Assembly (NCBI GenBank): GCA_965208325.1
Contig: OZ242326.1
Coordinates: 1,440,001-1,504,000 of the forward strand
Direction of reading: 5' to 3'
DNA from: Candidatus Poribacteria bacterium
Lineage (GTDB): Bacteria > Poribacteria > WGA-4E > PCPOR2b
DNA: 64,000 bases
The notes beneath the pieces are model-generated. The model was not told the origin of the DNA, did not search any database, and saw only the letters and a program-made list of their open reading frames with translations. Shown here in pieces: positions 1 to 11,737 of this stretch; within the stretch, counting starts at the first letter, position 1, and each line of letters opens with the position of its first letter. Both the position numbers and the translations under genes were made by a program.

Positions 1-93
1 ATTGTGGGTGTCGTTTACCTAGACAAGAAACTAGAATTGAAAAAGATGGTAGAATTGCCTTTTAATCCGTTTTGGAATTGATTGATGGACAGG

Positions 94-3000
94 TCAATCC
101 GCAAGCAGCGTTTGAATCTGAGCCTCGAGATCATGCCCCGAAGCACGCCCGGCAATCTCTCCCGCAGCGTTAATTAGGAGGAACGGATATCGCCCGATGG
201 CGTATTGATCAGATGTCTCGCCTTTCGCGCCGACGACCGCTGTTGGGCGGTCTAAGCCGACTGAGTACGACATCGACTGTTCCGCGATGCGTCGTTCGAC
301 CCTCTCGCCCATTTCTGTAGCCGGACAAATTGCGAGGCAGACAATCCCTTTTTCTCCATACGCCTCCTGCAAGAGATTCAATAGCCGTACCCATTGGACA
401 CGGTCGTCGACGTAATTTAAATCCCAGAAATACACGATAATGGTCTTTCCTTTCAACTGTCCGATGGATGCGGGCGGACCGGACAGCCACTCTGCAACCG
501 CCAAATCGGGTGCAGGTTGGCCCACCAAGGATTTGAATCGTTCGTGAGCTGCTTCGTAATATGACCATTGCGCCTCTTGCTGTGCTTGCTGCTCTGGAGC
601 TGTTTCGGGTCGCGGTTCGTTGGGCGTCAGTGTCAAGACCAGATCACGCTGATTCACCGCGATACGGTCAAAACTTTTGTAATCCTGATCGGTACGGATT
701 GCGATTGACACGAACGGGTCATTGATATGCTTTAGCTCAAACGCGCCCTGTGAGTTGGTGTAAACGGCATGAAATAGTTGACCGGTAGTGTAATCTTCTT
801 GGGGTTCTACCGTCACGCTCACGTTCTCAATCGGGCTGCCTTTTGTGTCCACGACTTTCCCAGCGATATAACCGACCGCTTTGACTAGTACCAGGTCGTG
901 CCGCTGGTTGGTTTTCAGAATCCTAAATGTATGGAATGCGTACTCCGGGTGGTTAATATGCAGTTGCATGACGACAGCCATGGAAAGATTGTTTAACCGA
1001 TAATCGCCGCTGTCGTCAGTTTGTGTCATCCAGTGTTGCGACCGGTGGTTTGTTTCGAGGTATGCGCCGCCGACCGGCTCCCCAGTATTGTCGGTAACGC
1101 GTCCCTCTATGAAATACGGGTCGGTCGGAGCTGGCAGCAGGATGAGATCCGATACTTGCGTCATCTGCGAATCAGGGGTAAACATTCCGGTTTCGGCTGG
1201 CAAATATCCGTCTGCGTCCGCACGTATGACATACTCATCTCCCACGATTAATTCAATATCCCGGAAGCGTCCACCACCATCTGTCACCGTGACTGTCGAA
1301 CCGAGCCTTGGGTCATCCTGCCCGTCCCACTGGTGCATTAGAAAAACATTTACCGACGGGATGGGTTCGCCGCGGCGGTTAAGCACACGCCCGGAGACCT
1401 TTACTCGATCGTAACGTTCCATCTGGATTTCAACCGATGCACCTGGCTGCACTTCAACCTCGGCCTTCCCGCGTAATCCCAATTTGCTGTGTTCCGCTTT
1501 GAGGACGAGTTTACGTCCGGCCTCCAGTCCAGCCACGGTGAATTCACCCTGTTCGTCAGTTTTGTTGCCGTACTCCCTGAACCAATCTGACACGTCGGTA
1601 ATATTCGTAATTTTCGCCCCTGAGACAGGTTTACCCGCCGATGTCAAAGCTCGGCCGCGCAGTTCAATCCCTTTCGAGAACTGAAAATCAGCCGTGACCG
1701 TCTCAGATTCGACGACAACCACCTGTTTACTAACTAGTCGAATACCCCCCAGATAACCATTCGGTGCACTGGTGTAGACAAGGGCACTACCAGGTGCGGC
1801 ACGGAGGCGATAGACGCCGGTTTCATCTGTGTGCGTCCCGTGAACCGATGCTTGGGATTGCGGCCGAGCGGCGTCGTGAAAGCTGATATGGTGGTTTGCG
1901 ATGGGATCGCCTGTGTCTCGGTCGGTCACGCGTCCGGTGATAAACCCACCCTGTACCAAGATTAGGTCTACCCCAGATACGGTTTGACCCTCTACGACCA
2001 CAATGTGTTCTTTTGCTACTGCTGTCCACCCGTCAGGTCCCTCATGAAGAAAGAGGTTGTACGTACCGGGAGCGATGTTTTTCAGAAGGTATTTCCCGTT
2101 TGCATCAGTATTTGTTCGCCCCCATCCGTCCGTAGGATGGATACCCTCAAGCAAGACCGCCGCGTTTTTGACAGGCTCGCCGGTACCTGCGAAGCTGAGG
2201 TTTCCCTCAACCCTGCCCTCGCGCTTCAGTCGAAACTCTAGCCCCATTGTACCGACCGCCACACTGAAATGCAGTTCCATTGCATATCCTGGTCCCTGGG
2301 TCACAAGATTCGTTGTCGCACCTAACGGAAGTCCGCGGAGCACAAACTCCCCGTCCGCGTTCGTTTTAGCGGGTGAAATGGGCATAGCGTCGATTCCCAA
2401 CCCTACTCCGTGTTCTCCCGTTGTCAAGTCGACAGTGACCAAGTATTGAATGCGCGCCTCCGCGTTTTCAATCGGCTCGCCTGCTTCATTCAGAATTTTG
2501 CCTGAGATAATCGCAGGCGCTCCGAGTTGAATCTCAACATCAGACGTGCTCTCGGGTTGGAGCTCCTGCCAACCGATTGCATGATTGGGGTGCATTGCGA
2601 TTATGTGCACACGATCCCGTTTTTTGGGTTCGGGACGAAGAAACTCAAAACTGAACGCCCCATCCGCCCCCGTACGGGTGACAGACTTGGACGGTTTGAG
2701 CCTCATTGAGTAAAACACCTCGGCATCTGCTACCGGCGCGCCGCCGCTGTCAACGACCCGACCGGAGTAGACAAGTTTTTCGCCCTCGTTTCCCGCTGCA
2801 GTTGCCGCGAGTTTCGGCACGGTATTCTTCCCACCGCGGTTCGTCGAACTCAATCTTATGTCATTTGATTGGGTGATTTGCCGTGTGGGTGCGCGGTTGG
2901 CGGTAGCCAGCGGGTGCTTTCCCGAAGGGGTTGGAATACCTGAAACCGAGGTACTCGCTGCGTATTGATCCGGTGTGTAAAACGCCGCCTCAATTGGCCA

Positions 3001-3783
3001 TCGGGTCGCATCTGACCGCGTCGGCCAAAGCTGGTTTCCTGACAACTCTGTTGATGTGTGGATTCGTCCTCCAATCAATCCAATTAAGACGCACAATGCC
3101 GTAATTAGCGAAAATAGAGTTTTGCTCACCGTTGTGCTGCTCCAAGTGAAAGCCATAGCTGGTGTTGGGATGCGGCGAATTTGCTCCGTTAACTGCATGA
3201 GAAACCCTCCTTTGAGTGTGTGGCTCTTCAAGTATCTGCCGTATCGTACAGACATCGCGCTGCCGAGTTGCTGGCGCGCCCTATACAACTTACCCTTTAC
3301 GGTGTTCGCGGAGACACCGAGAAATTCCGAGATTTCTTTCAGCGAGCATTCGCCCATATAAAACATCGCCACCGCCACCCGATTATCATCGGAGAGCGCA
3401 GAGATTGCCTGTTCAAGGTCAATCTCCCAGCCCGGTGTGGGGACAGTGTGCGCGGGTTCAACCTGCAGGGCATCGTCCGCAGCGTCCTCTAGCGCAATTT
3501 CACGCTGCCGTTTTTTGGATACCCGTTTCAGCCATCGGTTGCACTCGTTCGCCATGATTGTATACAGCCAACTTCGGAACCGGTGCGGATGCCGCAGTTG
3601 ATAGAGGTGACGGTACGCCCGCAGGAAGACCTCTTGGGAGATGTCCTGCGAATCGGCTTCGTTCCTCACCCTTTGGAATGCGTAGGTGTAGACCACGCCC
3701 TGGTACTTGCGCACGAGCACGCCGAATGCGTCTCGATCGCCCGCAAGAGTCTGAGACACCAATTTTTCGTCGGATGAATACAT
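94..3783 (-). CDS. ECF sigma factor with a very long C-terminal extension: TM helix, repeated carboxypeptidase-regulatory-like beta domains and a C-terminal thioredoxin-like fold
   Basis: Sigma2 (DISQEVFLRAY...FRSWLYTIMANEC) and sigma4 (LKEISEFLGVSANTVKGKLYRARQQL). Hydrophobic segment TLFSLITALCVLIGLIGG. Repeated 'GRV.D..G.P...A' / 'TD..G.F/Y' modules. C-terminal 'GQPAPDLAVAEWL' TlpA-like start. Start is ATG 3783 or GTG 3792. Confidence 0.9.
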   Translation of the reverse strand: MYSSDEKLVSQTLAGDRDAFGVLVRKYQGVVYTYAFQRVRNEADSQDISQEVFLRAYRHLYQLRHPHRFRSWLYTIMANECNRWLKRVSKKRQREIALEDAADDALQVEPAHTVPTPGWEIDLEQAISALSDDNRVAVAMFYMGECSLKEISEFLGVSANTVKGKLYRARQQLGSAMSVRYGRYLKSHTLKGGFLMQLTEQIRRIPTPAMAFTWSSTTVSKTLFSLITALCVLIGLIGGRIHTSTELSGNQLWPTRSDATRWPIEAAFYTPDQYAASTSVSGIPTPSGKHPLATANRAPTRQITQSNDIRLSSTNRGGKNTVPKLAATAAGNEGEKLVYSGRVVDSGGAPVADAEVFYSMRLKPSKSVTRTGADGAFSFEFLRPEPKKRDRVHIIAMHPNHAIGWQELQPESTSDVEIQLGAPAIISGKILNEAGEPIENAEARIQYLVTVDLTTGEHGVGLGIDAMPISPAKTNADGEFVLRGLPLGATTNLVTQGPGYAMELHFSVAVGTMGLEFRLKREGRVEGNLSFAGTGEPVKNAAVLLEGIHPTDGWGRTNTDANGKYLLKNIAPGTYNLFLHEGPDGWTAVAKEHIVVVEGQTVSGVDLILVQGGFITGRVTDRDTGDPIANHHISFHDAARPQSQASVHGTHTDETGVYRLRAAPGSALVYTSAPNGYLGGIRLVSKQVVVVESETVTADFQFSKGIELRGRALTSAGKPVSGAKITNITDVSDWFREYGNKTDEQGEFTVAGLEAGRKLVLKAEHSKLGLRGKAEVEVQPGASVEIQMERYDRVKVSGRVLNRRGEPIPSVNVFLMHQWDGQDDPRLGSTVTVTDGGGRFRDIELIVGDEYVIRADADGYLPAETGMFTPDSQMTQVSDLILLPAPTDPYFIEGRVTDNTGEPVGGAYLETNHRSQHWMTQTDDSGDYRLNNLSMAVVMQLHINHPEYAFHTFRILKTNQRHDLVLVKAVGYIAGKVVDTKGSPIENVSVTVEPQEDYTTGQLFHAVYTNSQGAFELKHINDPFVSIAIRTDQDYKSFDRIAVNQRDLVLTLTPNEPRPETAPEQQAQQEAQWSYYEAAHERFKSLVGQPAPDLAVAEWLSGPPASIGQLKGKTIIVYFWDLNYVDDRVQWVRLLNLLQEAYGEKGIVCLAICPATEMGERVERRIAEQSMSYSVGLDRPTAVVGAKGETSDQYAIGRYPFLLINAAGEIAGRASGHDLEAQIQTLLAD

Positions 3784-3848
3784 AACACCCACCTATCCAA
3801 AACAGGAGAAAAATCAGCGCCGCAATGAAAATGGGCGCAACTATTATC

Positions 3849-3954
3849 TAGACACACTTCGTGGATTGGAGGTTATGCTGGATAGAAAAAAAATTTGGCG
3901 GGCAATCTCCGCACAGGCGGATCATCTGTCATTAGACGTTGAAACCTGATTGGA
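3849..3954 (-). promoter_or_regulatory. Two copies of TCCAATC-N10-GTCTA upstream of the ECF gene; candidate ECF-type promoters
   Basis: The + strand reads tagac-N10-gattgga at both 3849-3870 and 3933-3954, with identical spacing. Confidence 0.4.
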
Positions 3955-4142
3955 AACTTGAAGGAGTATCCTAATTTGAGCAATGGTTCTTGAAAGTGCC
4001 AGTAAATGACAAGGGCGTTTACGTTCATTCTCACCGGGAGCGGGGAAATTTGCCGCGCGAGAGATGATTGCAGCCCATCATTGCGAAGACTGAAGAAGCC
4101 AAGGTGTGCGGCAGCATTTCATGCTCGGAGCGTTTTATTCAA

Positions 4143-4173
4143 CGGTTGGAGAGTTTTTAATTCTCTCCAACCG
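4143..4173. terminator. Strong hairpin downstream of the methyltransferase gene
   Basis: cggttggagag-tttttaatt-ctctccaaccg is a perfect 11-bp inverted repeat. Confidence 0.55.
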
Positions 4174-4206
4174 AAATTTGAAGGAATAGGACTATGCGCA
4201 GCAACT

Positions 4207-5043
4207 TTACGCTGGAAGCTGAACCCAAGCCGTAACATGCGGCGGCAAGATGAGCGGACGTTTCGACGCAACAACTTCCGCCCTAAGCCGCTCGCCAAGC
4301 GTGTCCAAATCGACCTCTTGAGCGGTTGCGATTCCGTAGGCTTCCAAGAGCGGGATGAGGCTGCGAAAACCGTGCGCTATGAATTGGTAACCCGCCCAAG
4401 CGGCTGGACCGCCAACCGGAGCCGAATATTGTAATGTGGGTTCAGGCAGGCCGGCATCAACAAACGTGCCGTATAGGTCAAGACCCATGCCAACATTGGC
4501 GCCTGAGCGGCGGAAAACCTCTATCCCCCACTCCGCTAACTGGTTCAGTAATGGGGTAGTTGGGCGGGCAGTTGCCTTATAGGTCGAGAACTCAACCTCC
4601 TGAAATGCGACGATGCCACCCGGGCGCACACGCGCCGCGAGCTGCTTCAACGTATCTACTGGGTCAGCCAGATACATCAGTACCAAGCGTCCAATTAGGG
4701 CGTCGAAATCGCTCGGCAAGTCCAGAGTTTGGGCATCCCCCGCCACGAATTGGATGTTTGCCAAGCCGGCTTCCTGTGCCCGCGATTTGGCAGTTTCGAG
4801 AATCTCCGCGTTCATGTCAACGCCGACAACCTCCCCCTCACTGCCGACTAACTCGGCGGCGGCGAACGCTACATCTCCCGCACCGCTGCCGATATCAAGC
4901 ACTTTCATCCCCGTAAAAAGACCGGCATCCCTGAGAAGGCGCCGGGTTATGTCTTCATACAGTCCCGACTGCTGGATTAACCGCTCGGTCTCTTCCTTGC
5001 TGCGCCCCATGGTATACGTCATCTCTCTATTTGTGTTGCTCAT
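4207..5043 (-). CDS. Class I SAM-dependent methyltransferase
   Basis: VLDIGSGAGDV motif I, GVD motif II, FDALIGRLVLMY, PGG. GGGGGA RBS. Confidence 0.9.
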   Translation of the reverse strand: MSNTNREMTYTMGRSKEETERLIQQSGLYEDITRRLLRDAGLFTGMKVLDIGSGAGDVAFAAAELVGSEGEVVGVDMNAEILETAKSRAQEAGLANIQFVAGDAQTLDLPSDFDALIGRLVLMYLADPVDTLKQLAARVRPGGIVAFQEVEFSTYKATARPTTPLLNQLAEWGIEVFRRSGANVGMGLDLYGTFVDAGLPEPTLQYSAPVGGPAAWAGYQFIAHGFRSLIPLLEAYGIATAQEVDLDTLGERLRAEVVASKRPLILPPHVTAWVQLPA

Positions 5044-5102
5044 ATAAATATATCCCCCTTGAGTTAATGGAAAAAGTGAACAAGATAGCTTAGACTCGGT
5101 GA

Positions 5103-6326
5103 TTACGGTTCAATCAATTTGTGGAACAGTATTTCGCCATCAACGATGCGTTTTATGACGACGCTTTTCGATGTGTGCCGGTTTTCGTCGTAGCCAGAGA
5201 TGAAGGTTGCTCCACTGTAATTCTCCGTGGCTGCAATCTGGTCGCGGATCATCGACGGTGTCAGATCGTCCGTACGGCGCATGGCGAGCGCGACCAGCCT
5301 GATGGCATCATATCCGCCCGCTGCGCCTCCATCGGGCGTTTCATCAAACATTGCGGTGTACGCAGCCACGAATTGGTAGGCATCTTCGCCCAAATCACTC
5401 GGTTCCGCCTCGGCGGAAAAACCGCTGCTATAGAAACTCCCGTCAACAGCCGCTCCGGCTGTGGCAATCAACGCGGTGTTGTCCCAGCTATCGCCGCCCA
5501 AGAAGATTGCCGTTATACCAAACTCATCCTTTGCTTGCCGAACTGCGAGCGGGACTTCAGGGATGAAGCCGGTGCTAAAAACCACGTCCGGTGACGCATC
5601 GGCAATTGCGGTTAGTTGCGCGGTGAAATCGGAAGTTCCTGCCGTGTAAAATTCATTAGCCGCAATCACGCCGCCCTGAGCGGTAAAGTTGTCAATGAAG
5701 GTTTGCGACAATCCCTCCGAATAAACATCTTCCCAGTGCGTCAGCACCGCCGCGGTGTTTGCCTGTAAATCTTGCATGGCAAACTGAGCCATCACCTTCC
5801 CTTGGAAATCGTCTGTGAAAGCCGCCATGAACACAAAATCACCCGCAGCCGCAACCGCCGGATTGGTCGCGGAGGTTGCCATCATCGGTATCGAGTTGCG
5901 CTGCGCAATTTCCCCGACCACCACGGCGTAGGTAGATCGGTTCGGGCCGACAATTGCAGAAACGCCCTCATCGAAAATCAGTTCTTCCGCAAGCGCTGCA
6001 ACATATTCGGTGTCGTTTATATCCTCGCTAATGAGGCGCTGTGTCGGAATGTCACGAGGAACGAGTTGAATTGGTGTGCCCCGAACGCCGCCCGACTCGT
6101 TCAGTTGCAGCGTTGCTAATTCCGCACCGTATCGGCTGTTATTTCGGTTTGGCGAGGTGTACAAGAATCCAATTTTAATCGCAGATTCTCCGTCATCCGG
6201 GGGCGGAGGCGTAAGCAATTCTTGGAACTGCTCGCAACCCGCAAACAGGGTGCTCATTAAGATTAATGGAATCAAAAACCGACTATTTAATCTGGATGCA
6301 GTCAGTCGGCTGCGTCGATCTGTCAT
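5103..6326 (-). CDS. LivK/LivJ-like ABC substrate-binding lipoprotein
   Basis: Lipobox LFAG-C. Motifs AIVGP, ATNPAV, FTDDFQG, DFTAQLT, GGDSWD, GYDA. Confidence 0.88.
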   Translation of the reverse strand: MTDRRSRLTASRLNSRFLIPLILMSTLFAGCEQFQELLTPPPPDDGESAIKIGFLYTSPNRNNSRYGAELATLQLNESGGVRGTPIQLVPRDIPTQRLISEDINDTEYVAALAEELIFDEGVSAIVGPNRSTYAVVVGEIAQRNSIPMMATSATNPAVAAAGDFVFMAAFTDDFQGKVMAQFAMQDLQANTAAVLTHWEDVYSEGLSQTFIDNFTAQGGVIAANEFYTAGTSDFTAQLTAIADASPDVVFSTGFIPEVPLAVRQAKDEFGITAIFLGGDSWDNTALIATAGAAVDGSFYSSGFSAEAEPSDLGEDAYQFVAAYTAMFDETPDGGAAGGYDAIRLVALAMRRTDDLTPSMIRDQIAATENYSGATFISGYDENRHTSKSVVIKRIVDGEILFHKLIEP

Positions 6327-6343
6327 TCAAGTTCTCCTTGCCG

Positions 6344-7564
6344 TTACGGCTCAATCAGTTTATGGAACTGCGCTTCGCCGTTGACGATGCGGTTAATCAC
6401 GGCACTCTTGTTCGCGTGACGGTTTTCATCATAGGCTGAGAGCAAAGTTGCCCCGCTGTAGTTCTCGGTTGCGGCAATCTGGTCGCGAATCGCCGTTGGT
6501 GTCAACTCGTCCGCACGCCGCATGGCTTGAACGACAATCCTGAGCGCATCGTATCCGAGCGCCGCGCCCCCGTCCGGCGCCTTTCCGAAGATTGCCGCGT
6601 AGGCGGTAAAGAATTGATGCCCCTCTTCACTCAAATCGCCGGCGGAGGCATTGGCGGAAAAGAAGGTTGAGAAAAAACTCCCTTCAAGCAGTTCTGCGTT
6701 ATCGGCTATTAACGACGCATTATCCCAACTATCGCCGCCGAGTAATATCCCCGTAATGCCGAGCGCTCTCGATTGATCGACCACCAATGGGATTTCTGCG
6801 GAGAATCCAGGCAGGAAAAAGACATCCGGGGCGGATTCAGCGATTTCGATCAATTGCGCCGTATAATCTGTGTCGCCCCTCATGTAAAATTGCGTGTGCA
6901 GCACATTGCCCCCAAATGCTGTAAAGTTGTCGACGAAAGTTTGCGATAAGCCTTCCGAATAGAGGGAGCCGCTGCGCGTAAAGACTGCGGCGGTTTTTGC
7001 CTCCAAGTCTTGGATGGCAAATTGAGCCATGACTTTTCCCTGAAAATCGTCAGTGAAAGCCGCCATAAACACAAAATCGCCCGCAGCGGTAACACTTGGA
7101 TTGGTCGCGGTAGTCGTCACCATCGGTATCCCGTGCAGTTGAGCAATCACTCCAATGGGTACAGCGTAAGAAGAGAGATTGGGACCGACAATTGCTGACA
7201 CCCTCTCTTGAGTAATCAACTCCTCCGCTATCGCAGCGGCATGTTCGGCGTCGTTGATGTTCCCGCGCGCAACAATTGCAATTTCCTGTCCGTGCACGCC
7301 GCCCGCACCGTTCACTTGCAGCGCCGCCAATTCCGCGCCGTTCAATGTGTGGCTGCGCGTTGGGCTGCTGTAAATTACGCCGATTTTGATTGGAGCGTCG
7401 TCATCAGTCTCTGGTAACGGCGTTAGCACATGTTGAAATTGCTCGCAACCGGTAAGCTGCATAAAGATGCCGATCGCTAAGATGAAGAACACCGCAGTAT
7501 AAGAAAAATACGCCAAATCCTTGTGGCAACGTATCACAGTTTTATTTGCTCCTTGAAATGTCAA
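6344..7564 (-). CDS. LivK/LivJ-like ABC substrate-binding lipoprotein, tandem paralogue
   Basis: Lipobox LTG-C followed by the same EQFQ. Shares the block AAGDFVFMAAFTDDFQGKVMAQFA with its neighbour. TTG start behind a GGGGAG RBS. Confidence 0.88.
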   Translation of the reverse strand: MTFQGANKTVIRCHKDLAYFSYTAVFFILAIGIFMQLTGCEQFQHVLTPLPETDDDAPIKIGVIYSSPTRSHTLNGAELAALQVNGAGGVHGQEIAIVARGNINDAEHAAAIAEELITQERVSAIVGPNLSSYAVPIGVIAQLHGIPMVTTTATNPSVTAAGDFVFMAAFTDDFQGKVMAQFAIQDLEAKTAAVFTRSGSLYSEGLSQTFVDNFTAFGGNVLHTQFYMRGDTDYTAQLIEIAESAPDVFFLPGFSAEIPLVVDQSRALGITGILLGGDSWDNASLIADNAELLEGSFFSTFFSANASAGDLSEEGHQFFTAYAAIFGKAPDGGAALGYDALRIVVQAMRRADELTPTAIRDQIAATENYSGATLLSAYDENRHANKSAVINRIVNGEAQFHKLIEP

Positions 7565-7657
7565 CGAATCTCCCCTTTTACAGTTTGTCTATCCAGTTTC
7601 AATCGATCCAGTTTCAATCGATTGCAATATCATCGAATATGGGCCAGTTTCATTGGG

Positions 7658-8524
7658 TTATCTAAAAACAACGTTAATCCGCAAATCAACGGATTGGCTT
7701 ACCAAATCCGACGTAACTTCCACGCCTAAATCGGGAAACGGCGTAATCCATTTTGCTTTCGTAAAGCTAGTGTAGCGCCCTTCAACTTCAAGCCAACAGT
7801 CGTCCCACATTTTCTTCTCCACACCGACACCGCTCGTCCATGCTGTGGAATAAAAATCCTTGGATGCCCTACCGGATTCATAGCCGCCAATGCCGCAAGG
7901 CTCCGGATTGAAACACCCGTTGTAGTAGGCATCAAGTCGTGATTTCGCGAGGCGGACGCCTGCAAGTACGTAAATGCCGCCCTTCCACGCCCGCAGCGTT
8001 CCGGGACTAGCGCCTAGCTTTAGCGCCAGCCCGAAGCTATTAGTCCTTTGAAACGTCCACTGCTCGGACCAACTCTCCCCAAGTTGGTTTGGGGCTTCGG
8101 ATGTTCCCTCCTCCTCAATATTTCCGTAAACGCTGCCGCCGTGGAACAGGTAGTCCAATTCGCCGCTGAAGAAAAAAACGTCCTTACCGAATGGTATGCG
8201 ATAGCCGATCTGATATCCAAGTCCGTTAATGCCTCCAACCGTGTTCGATTCTGCACGATTTACTTTTCCCTTTTGAGTCGACACATTCTGCGGATGTGTA
8301 TTGTCGACAGTCTTGTTGTAATAGGCATCAATAAAGTCCCCTGCTGATATAAAACCGGCATAAGGACCTGCGTGTGGATGTGTAAACCCCAAGCACGAAA
8401 TTAACATGAAGCAGCAGAAAGTTCCGGTCAAAATGGTATGGGTCGAAAGGATGGAATGCCGCAAACTTGTTTTGTTTATCCCTTTATTCACATCAATCCC
8501 GTTCAAATTATGATTAAAACCCAT
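7658..8524 (-). CDS. Outer-membrane beta-barrel protein (OmpA/Ail-like 8-strand type)
   Basis: Signal-like hydrophobic stretch. Alternating beta strands (GYQIGY, YVLAGV, GVGVE, LEVEGRY). C-terminal LRINVVFR. AAGGAG RBS. Confidence 0.65.
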   Translation of the reverse strand: MGFNHNLNGIDVNKGINKTSLRHSILSTHTILTGTFCCFMLISCLGFTHPHAGPYAGFISAGDFIDAYYNKTVDNTHPQNVSTQKGKVNRAESNTVGGINGLGYQIGYRIPFGKDVFFFSGELDYLFHGGSVYGNIEEEGTSEAPNQLGESWSEQWTFQRTNSFGLALKLGASPGTLRAWKGGIYVLAGVRLAKSRLDAYYNGCFNPEPCGIGGYESGRASKDFYSTAWTSGVGVEKKMWDDCWLEVEGRYTSFTKAKWITPFPDLGVEVTSDLVSQSVDLRINVVFR

Positions 8525-8867
8525 TTTTGCTCCTTCAAATCATTAAAGCGGCTACAACTCCGCGATATTATATATACATCTAAAAATAAATGCAAGCACA
8601 TAGGGCGATGCGCTGTTCCATGGGAAAAAGACTGAATTCCGATGCTTCGGCTGGCTGTGGCAGCGGTTACGGGGAGGTTTTTCGCCACTCAAATGCGGCG
8701 AAGCAGGGACGAAAAGACAGGATACAATGAGCCAATCGGTGTATGGGCAACTCATCCCTCTCAACCCACCGCTACCCATGTTGAATTATTGATTGTATTC
8801 TTAAAACTATGATAAAATAGAAGCGATTGACCATCCCAATCAAATTTAGGATAGGAAGGAGATATCC

Positions 8868-9503
8868 ATGACGACTTCCAATGTGCCGCAGATAAAGCAG
8901 ATTAAAGCGAAAGCATCGGTCTGCACCGATTGCGGGCTGTCCGAGACCCGCACACAAGTTGTGTTTGGCGAAGGAAACGCCGACGCGGCACTAACATTGG
9001 TTGGCGAGGGGCCTGGCGATCAAGAAGATAGGCGTGGACGGCCATTCGTCGGCAAGGCGGGGAAGCTACTCGATGAAGTCATGGGGGACGCTCAAATCAG
9101 AAGGGCGGACATCTGGCTCACCAATGTCATCAAATGCCGCGCCTGCGTCACGGAAGACGGTTTCACGCGGAACCGTCCGCCAAAGATGGAGGAGATAAAA
9201 GCCTGCCATCAATGGCTGGATTCAGAACTGAACTTAATTCAGCCGGCTGTGATTGTTTGTATCGGTGCGCCAGCCGCGAACCGGCTGATTCATAGGAATT
9301 TCAAGATGACTCAAGAACGCGGGCGTTGGTTCACGGATACCCAATACGCGCCGTTCGCCATTGCCGCGCTGCATCCAGCATATATCCTGCGCCTTCACGG
9401 CAACGACTTCACCGCCGCCCGCCGATACCTCGTGGAAGATCTCATTGAGGCGCGAGAGAAGGCGGAGGACGCGCCGCAACGCCAACAGTTAACGCTGTTT
9501 TGA
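8868..9503 (+). CDS. udg: Uracil-DNA glycosylase, family 4 (Fe-S)
   Basis: CxxC, GEGPG motif A, GRPFVG, TNVIKC, HPAYILR motif B. AGGAG RBS. Confidence 0.92.
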   Translation: MTTSNVPQIKQIKAKASVCTDCGLSETRTQVVFGEGNADAALTLVGEGPGDQEDRRGRPFVGKAGKLLDEVMGDAQIRRADIWLTNVIKCRACVTEDGFTRNRPPKMEEIKACHQWLDSELNLIQPAVIVCIGAPAANRLIHRNFKMTQERGRWFTDTQYAPFAIAALHPAYILRLHGNDFTAARRYLVEDLIEAREKAEDAPQRQQLTLF

Positions 9504-9673
9504 GAATCCCGCGCTCGTCGGCGGTTTAACGTAGTCTTCACAATCCCAACCGTTTACAGCAAAGTGCGGTTTGAGGAATACGTCCTATCCTATCGCCATG
9601 TCGGGATTTACAGAACACAAGCGAATTGCAAGCGCGTTTCTGATATACCTCGTCGTTGTATTATCATAAATTT

Positions 9674-11715
<2,042 letters not shown>

Positions 11716-11737
11716 CAGGTTTTGGGAGCATGATAAA

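Noticed and set aside
3875..3949. 24-aa ORF after GGAGG
   Set aside because: The SD is only 2 nt from the ATG, and the sequence is better explained as the opposite-strand promoter region.
4006..4434. 142-aa plus-strand ORF
   Set aside because: It overlaps the methyltransferase 3' end in antisense, crosses a hairpin, and has no family features.
7591..7622. ATCCAGTTTCAATCG twice, as a CRISPR remnant
   Set aside because: Only two abutting 15-bp copies, with no spacers or cas genes. It is a simple tandem duplication.
8868..9503. UdgX assignment
   Set aside because: It has GEGPG, not GEQPG, and no KRRIH loop.
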